Source: an uncultured archaeon
GTDB lineage: Archaea > Asgardarchaeota > Heimdallarchaeia > Heimdallarchaeales > Kariarchaeaceae
Reading direction: 5' to 3'
DNA: 20,703 nt
Assembly (NCBI GenBank): GCA_964645535.1
Contig: CAZYCQ010000004.1
Coordinates: 87,428 to 108,130 of the forward strand
Positions 16,985-20,703 of the stretch are shown here, one piece after another; within the stretch, counting starts at the first letter, position 1, and each line of letters begins with the position of its first letter. A program made the translations under genes and the position numbers. Below the pieces are notes generated by a model. The model did no database searches and was not told the origin of the DNA. It saw only the letters and a list, made by a program, of their open reading frames with translations.

Positions 16985-18070
16985 TTGTTGCCCGTTACTG
17001 TATTGATTGCGGATGATTCTCCTTTCATGCTCAAATTGCTGAATGACACCATCTCCACCGATCCAAATCTAAAGGTGATCGGCACTGCCAAGAGGGGGGT
17101 GGAGTGTATCACACAAGTAATTACCAAAAGACCACGGGTTGTTGTCCTTGATATCATGCTCCCTGATGAAAGCGGTCTGAACATCGTCTACCAGATTATG
17201 AGGGCAAGACCCACGGCAGTCGTTCTTTTCTCCTCTCTTACCGCTGAGAAAGTGAAGCAGGATTCCCTTGTGTTCAATTACGGAATTGTAGATTTCGTCT
17301 CAAAACCTCCAAACGAAATTGAGGATCCAATCGCCTATCTCAAGAAAACCCTGATCCCCAAAGTCCACACCCTTGCAAAACTGAATGTCCAGAAATTCAA
17401 GTATATGATATCCACCACAAATGATGAATTCCTTGGAAGGATTTCTACACAAAAGGAAAAGGAAATTCCCGTTGCTGAAACAAAGATCACTCCACGACAG
17501 GCCATTCGAAGGCTGATAGTGATTGGCGCAAGTACTGGTGGTCCAAGCGCCCTTGCTCATTTGTTTTCTCTGCTCCCTTCCAACCTCCCTCCTATTCTAG
17601 TGGTTCAGCATATGCCACCTGGTTTCATCGAATCTTTTGCAGTCAGGCTTGACAAGGCATCAAAAGTCCAAGTACAGGCTGCTGAAGAAGGCATGATATT
17701 GCAACCAGGTAATGCCTATGTTGCACAAGGTGGAAAACACATGGTGCTTGAAAAGAAGAAAAACGGTCAAGTCATGATCAAATTTGATGATGGACCTCTT
17801 GTCAATTTCGTCAAACCATCTGTGGACGTCACCATTCTTTCAGCTGCCGAGATTTTCCGGGACAACATGCTTGTTGTCATCATGACCGGAATGGGTAAGG
17901 ATGGCTTGCAAGGATCGCGTCTCGTGAAAAAATATGGTGGAAAGGTCTTGGCTCAAAGTAAGGAAGACTCAGTGATCTACGGAATGAACAAAGCAGTTGT
18001 TGACGCGGGCTTGGCCGATCGAATCATGCCAGTTGAACGACTAGCGAAAACAATCACGGAAATGATCTAG
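16985..18070 (+). CDS. cheB: Chemotaxis response regulator protein-glutamate methylesterase CheB
   Basis: An N-terminal REC domain (IADDS, LDIMLP, FVSKP) is joined to a methylesterase domain (IGASTGG, VQHMP, KPSVDV, MTGMGKDG). Confidence 0.96.
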   Translation: MLPVTVLIADDSPFMLKLLNDTISTDPNLKVIGTAKRGVECITQVITKRPRVVVLDIMLPDESGLNIVYQIMRARPTAVVLFSSLTAEKVKQDSLVFNYGIVDFVSKPPNEIEDPIAYLKKTLIPKVHTLAKLNVQKFKYMISTTNDEFLGRISTQKEKEIPVAETKITPRQAIRRLIVIGASTGGPSALAHLFSLLPSNLPPILVVQHMPPGFIESFAVRLDKASKVQVQAAEEGMILQPGNAYVAQGGKHMVLEKKKNGQVMIKFDDGPLVNFVKPSVDVTILSAAEIFRDNMLVVIMTGMGKDGLQGSRLVKKYGGKVLAQSKEDSVIYGMNKAVVDAGLADRIMPVERLAKTITEMI

Positions 18071-18429
18071 GAAGAAACCGTTTTTTCTATTGCCTTGACA
18101 ATTTCTTCATTTCTGAAAGGTTTAATGATGAATTCCCTCGCACCAGACTTGATGGCGTCCAAAACAAAAGCTTCCTGACCTAACGCCGTTACCATGACAA
18201 TTCTTGCATTTGGATCGAAGGACATAATCTGTTTGACTGCCTCAATTCCATTTTGCTTCGGCATGACAATATCTAGGGTCATACAGTCCGGTCTCTCTCT
18301 CGCCCAGATCTCAACGGCATCTACCCCGGTTTCACCCTCTGCCACGATTTCATGGCCCGCATCCGTCAATATCCTTCTCAAAACTAATCGCATAAATTTT
18401 GCATCGTCAACTATCGCTATTCGTGCCAT
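18067..18429 (-). CDS. cheY: Chemotaxis response regulator CheY
   Basis: Stand-alone REC domain with IVDDAKFMR, TLDIVMP, VTALGQ and FIIKPF. It resembles the Firmicutes/Thermotoga/archaeal CheY type. Confidence 0.88.
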   Translation of the reverse strand: MARIAIVDDAKFMRLVLRRILTDAGHEIVAEGETGVDAVEIWARERPDCMTLDIVMPKQNGIEAVKQIMSFDPNARIVMVTALGQEAFVLDAIKSGAREFIIKPFRNEEIVKAIEKTVSS

Positions 18430-18563
18430 GGTTTTCCCTCAACAAAACGGAAATGTATACATATTAAGAACTATTCTGCTACTATTTAATTGTTTTTTAG
18501 GGGAAGTGTCATGACTGACCGAAATTTCACGTTTTAGTTATATCGTTCATTTCGTTTTACTCT

Positions 18564-18935
18564 TCACGGATTATCCAAGACATTATTGATCACTTGAGCC
18601 AATTGGCTGAGCCGAAATGGCTTTGTCACAAAATCCTTGGCACCTGCTCTTAAGGCTGGCTGGACAATATGTGGACTGGAAATCGATGTGACCATGACCA
18701 CTTTTGCAGAGGGGTTGAGTGTCAAAATTCTTTTGAGAACTTGGAGTCCATCCATTTTTGGCATGACCACGTCTAAGGTGACTAAATCAATCTCGTGCAT
18801 GTGCTCCGCATAGATGTTGATGGCATCTTCCCCATTGACTGCTCGATAAACCACATCATGTCCCATCTTTCTCAGTAGCTTTTCAATCACCATCAACATG
18901 AAACGGGCGTCATCCACAACCATTATCCTAGCCAC
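18564..18935 (-). CDS. cheY: Second CheY-like stand-alone response regulator
   Basis: VVDDARFM, TLDVVMPKMDG, VTS and FVTKPF, with a GTG start. Confidence 0.8.
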   Translation of the reverse strand: MARIMVVDDARFMLMVIEKLLRKMGHDVVYRAVNGEDAINIYAEHMHEIDLVTLDVVMPKMDGLQVLKRILTLNPSAKVVMVTSISSPHIVQPALRAGAKDFVTKPFRLSQLAQVINNVLDNP

Positions 18936-19068
18936 TTAGATATTCACCGACAAGTCACATCACTTTCTCTTATTATTGAATTTTCCGAACATGTTCGTAA
19001 TTATTGCATCAATCAAATAGTATTCAATCAAAATATTCCCTAACTTTTTTCTTACTCTGTGAATGTTT

Positions 19069-19971
19069 TTATCCGCCCATATGCTCTTGGATCTTTTTCA
19101 CCAATTCATCCTTATTGCTTCGGGTGCTGACGTTCTCAATTCCCATTTCAATGGCTATTCTGATGAGCTCTGCCTTGGTGAGGCTATGAAGATCCAAAGG
19201 ACTTTCCCCGAACTGATCTTCTTCTGCCGGTTTTTTGGCAGGAGCCTCTTTTTTGGCTTTCTTTGCCGGCTTCGTTGATGTGACCGATTTTGGTTCTTCC
19301 TTCTTGACTACCTTCATCCCTTGGTCATCCACTATTATGTCCTCATCATCTGCAAGATCATCTATTGAGAAATCTGCGCCTAACTTGTCCTTTGAACTGA
19401 TACGGTCAATTTCATCGTTTGTGACAGTAACCTCGTCTGAGGTTTCGATCTCCTTCGAGAGCACCTGTTCGCGCACCGCAGCCAATTTTTCGAGTTGGGA
19501 TACCTCATACTCAGATAGAATGACCTGAAGTGTCAAGATGATCACAATGCCCAAATCCGTCTGGACAACTCCTTCAATGAAAGGAGTGGTCTGTTCCTTT
19601 GATAGGAGAGTCAATGATTCCTGAATGTCCTTCTCATCAACAGTAATGACGGCTTCCACATAATCAACCAAGAGCCCAACCAGTGATTTTCCAACATTCA
19701 CCATGAGAACGTAGTTCCTATCATCCTCATCATAGGTTCTTTTCGGTTTCCGAGTCTCTTCAATCAACAATCTTCTCTTGAGATCGATTGTGGAAATAAT
19801 TTGACCCCTGAAGTTGATTACTCCTGCAATGTAGTCTGGGGCTTGAGGAATGGGGGTGATGGTTTCAGGAACAAATACTTCCTGAACATTATGGACGTCA
19901 AACGCAAAGTATTCGTCATTGAGAAGGAAAGTGACCAACTTCTTCTGTTTTGTCGTCTGCGCAGTGCTCAT
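19069..19971 (-). CDS. cheW: Chemotaxis coupling protein CheW with acidic/low-complexity linker and C-terminal Rho_N/HeH-like domain
   Basis: CheW motifs LVTFLLNDEYFAFDVHNVQEV, ITPIPQAPDYIAGVINFRGQIISTIDL and VGLLVDYV, then the tail LHSLTKAELIRIAIEMGI...KDELVKKI. The start was moved from 20019 to ATG 19971, which has an AGGT SD-like sequence and a TATA-like TTTTTTATTA at 19999-20008. Confidence 0.9.
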   Translation of the reverse strand: MSTAQTTKQKKLVTFLLNDEYFAFDVHNVQEVFVPETITPIPQAPDYIAGVINFRGQIISTIDLKRRLLIEETRKPKRTYDEDDRNYVLMVNVGKSLVGLLVDYVEAVITVDEKDIQESLTLLSKEQTTPFIEGVVQTDLGIVIILTLQVILSEYEVSQLEKLAAVREQVLSKEIETSDEVTVTNDEIDRISSKDKLGADFSIDDLADDEDIIVDDQGMKVVKKEEPKSVTSTKPAKKAKKEAPAKKPAEEDQFGESPLDLHSLTKAELIRIAIEMGIENVSTRSNKDELVKKIQEHMGG

Positions 19972-20077
19972 GTAATACCTAACCTGTGTTTGAATCAATA
20001 ATAAAAAAGTCATTCCCATCCATGGTGGAAAAGGAGTCGAAACTTCACGCAGAAAACAACAGTGGTCTGAACCCAGT

Positions 20078-20569
20078 TTATTCCGTAGTTGGCTCCAGAA
20101 TCAGCAACAGATCAAGGGCATTGACTTGATCATTCGGATTGCAGACAATTTTCGAAACAACTCCTTTTGTAGGGGCAGTAATCTCATTTTCCATCTTCAT
20201 TGCAGAAAGTAGCAACAAATGATCTCCTTTTTCAACAGTATCTCCTTCCTTTACCAGAATTTTTGTCACTACTCCCGCCATTGGAGCATGAACTTCTCCA
20301 GTCACCTCCTCATCGGCACTTGACAAATCCATTGGATCCTCAATCTTCAAATCAACTGAAAATCCATTCAAATGAACACGAAAATCCCCTTCTGGCAATC
20401 TAATGATATCTTCAACCACAAAGGAATTTCCAGCATCATCCTGAAGTACAAATTCTCCGTTTAATCTATTGACCTTGAAAAGTTTCCCTTCCACCTTAAT
20501 GGATTTTCCTGAATTGATCAGTTCAGTTACATGCTCCTGATCTTTGTACCTTGCAATGAACTCTCTCAT
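20078..20569 (-). CDS. Biotin carboxyl carrier protein subunit of an acyl-CoA (acetyl/propionyl-CoA-type) carboxylase
   Basis: VHAPMAGVV and SAMKMENEITAP (biotinylated Lys), an N-terminal beta-rich domain, and a GAGGTG SD sequence. Confidence 0.92.
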   Translation of the reverse strand: MREFIARYKDQEHVTELINSGKSIKVEGKLFKVNRLNGEFVLQDDAGNSFVVEDIIRLPEGDFRVHLNGFSVDLKIEDPMDLSSADEEVTGEVHAPMAGVVTKILVKEGDTVEKGDHLLLLSAMKMENEITAPTKGVVSKIVCNPNDQVNALDLLLILEPTTE

Positions 20570-20703
20570 TTATGCCCACCTCACTGCCGAAAAATAGCTC
20601 CTCTTCCAGAACTGGTCTCCGGAAACGGTCTGGGAAACATCTGTATTCATGTTCTGCGGTCTCTGTTGCTGCAACATAAGCACCGCGGCACCACTTGCAG
20701 CCT
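20570..20703 (-). CDS. 3' end of an upstream gene, probably the biotin carboxylase subunit (partial, runs off the window)
   Basis: The minus frame reads ...AASGAAVLMLQQQRPQNMNTDVSQTVSGDQFWKRSYFSAVRWA-TAA, directly abutting the BCCP ATG. The Ala-rich helix, linker and W motif resemble biotin carboxylase C-termini. The call rests mainly on context. Confidence 0.55.
   Translation of the reverse strand, partial: AASGAAVLMLQQQRPQNMNTDVSQTVSGDQFWKRSYFSAVRWA

Noticed and set aside
137-20403. Numerous 60-155-aa antisense or alternate-frame ORFs (e.g. 2683-3150, 3864-4196, 9852-10235, 14185-14502, 18194-18514)
   Set aside because: They lie wholly or largely within well-supported genes and show no recognisable motifs, so they are treated as shadow ORFs.
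20618-20640. Short direct repeat GGAAAC...GGAAAC
   Set aside because: It encodes VSQTVS in a low-complexity linker and is too short to be meaningful.
1-20703. CRISPR array, tRNA/rRNA, IS element or prophage
   Set aside because: No regularly spaced repeats, RNA-gene signatures, transposase or integrase motifs were seen, and intergenic gaps are only about 210 nt or less.

Overview
Gene-dense archaeal window, most plausibly from an Asgard (Heimdallarchaeia-like) genome. This is an inference from TATA-type boxes about 23-35 nt upstream of start codons, a membrane-anchored RING protein, and a site-1-protease-like subtilase with a CTERM-type anchor. The left end carries a compact three-gene operon: a divergent MBL/beta-CASP nuclease, a GrpE-like protein with a long extra N-terminus, and a non-canonical Hsp70 whose lid is replaced by HEAT-like repeats. 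There is no J-protein gene in the window. This operon is the best candidate for an undescribed system (a chaperone-gated nuclease, possibly for defence or stress). Next come an aldo-keto reductase, a doubly frameshifted S8 protease with an MBTPS1/S1P-like architecture, and a translationally coupled pair of multi-pass membrane proteins, the second ending in a Zn-ribbon plus RING. A scattered chemotaxis set follows (cheC, cheD, cheB, two cheY, and a cheW fused to a Rho_N/HeH-like domain), interleaved with a PIG-L deacetylase, a RibD-type reductase, an alpha/beta hydrolase and a repeat membrane protein. The window ends with the 3' end of a biotin-dependent carboxylase operon. No rRNA, tRNA, CRISPR array or transposase was seen. 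All family calls are by motif recognition only; no searches were run.
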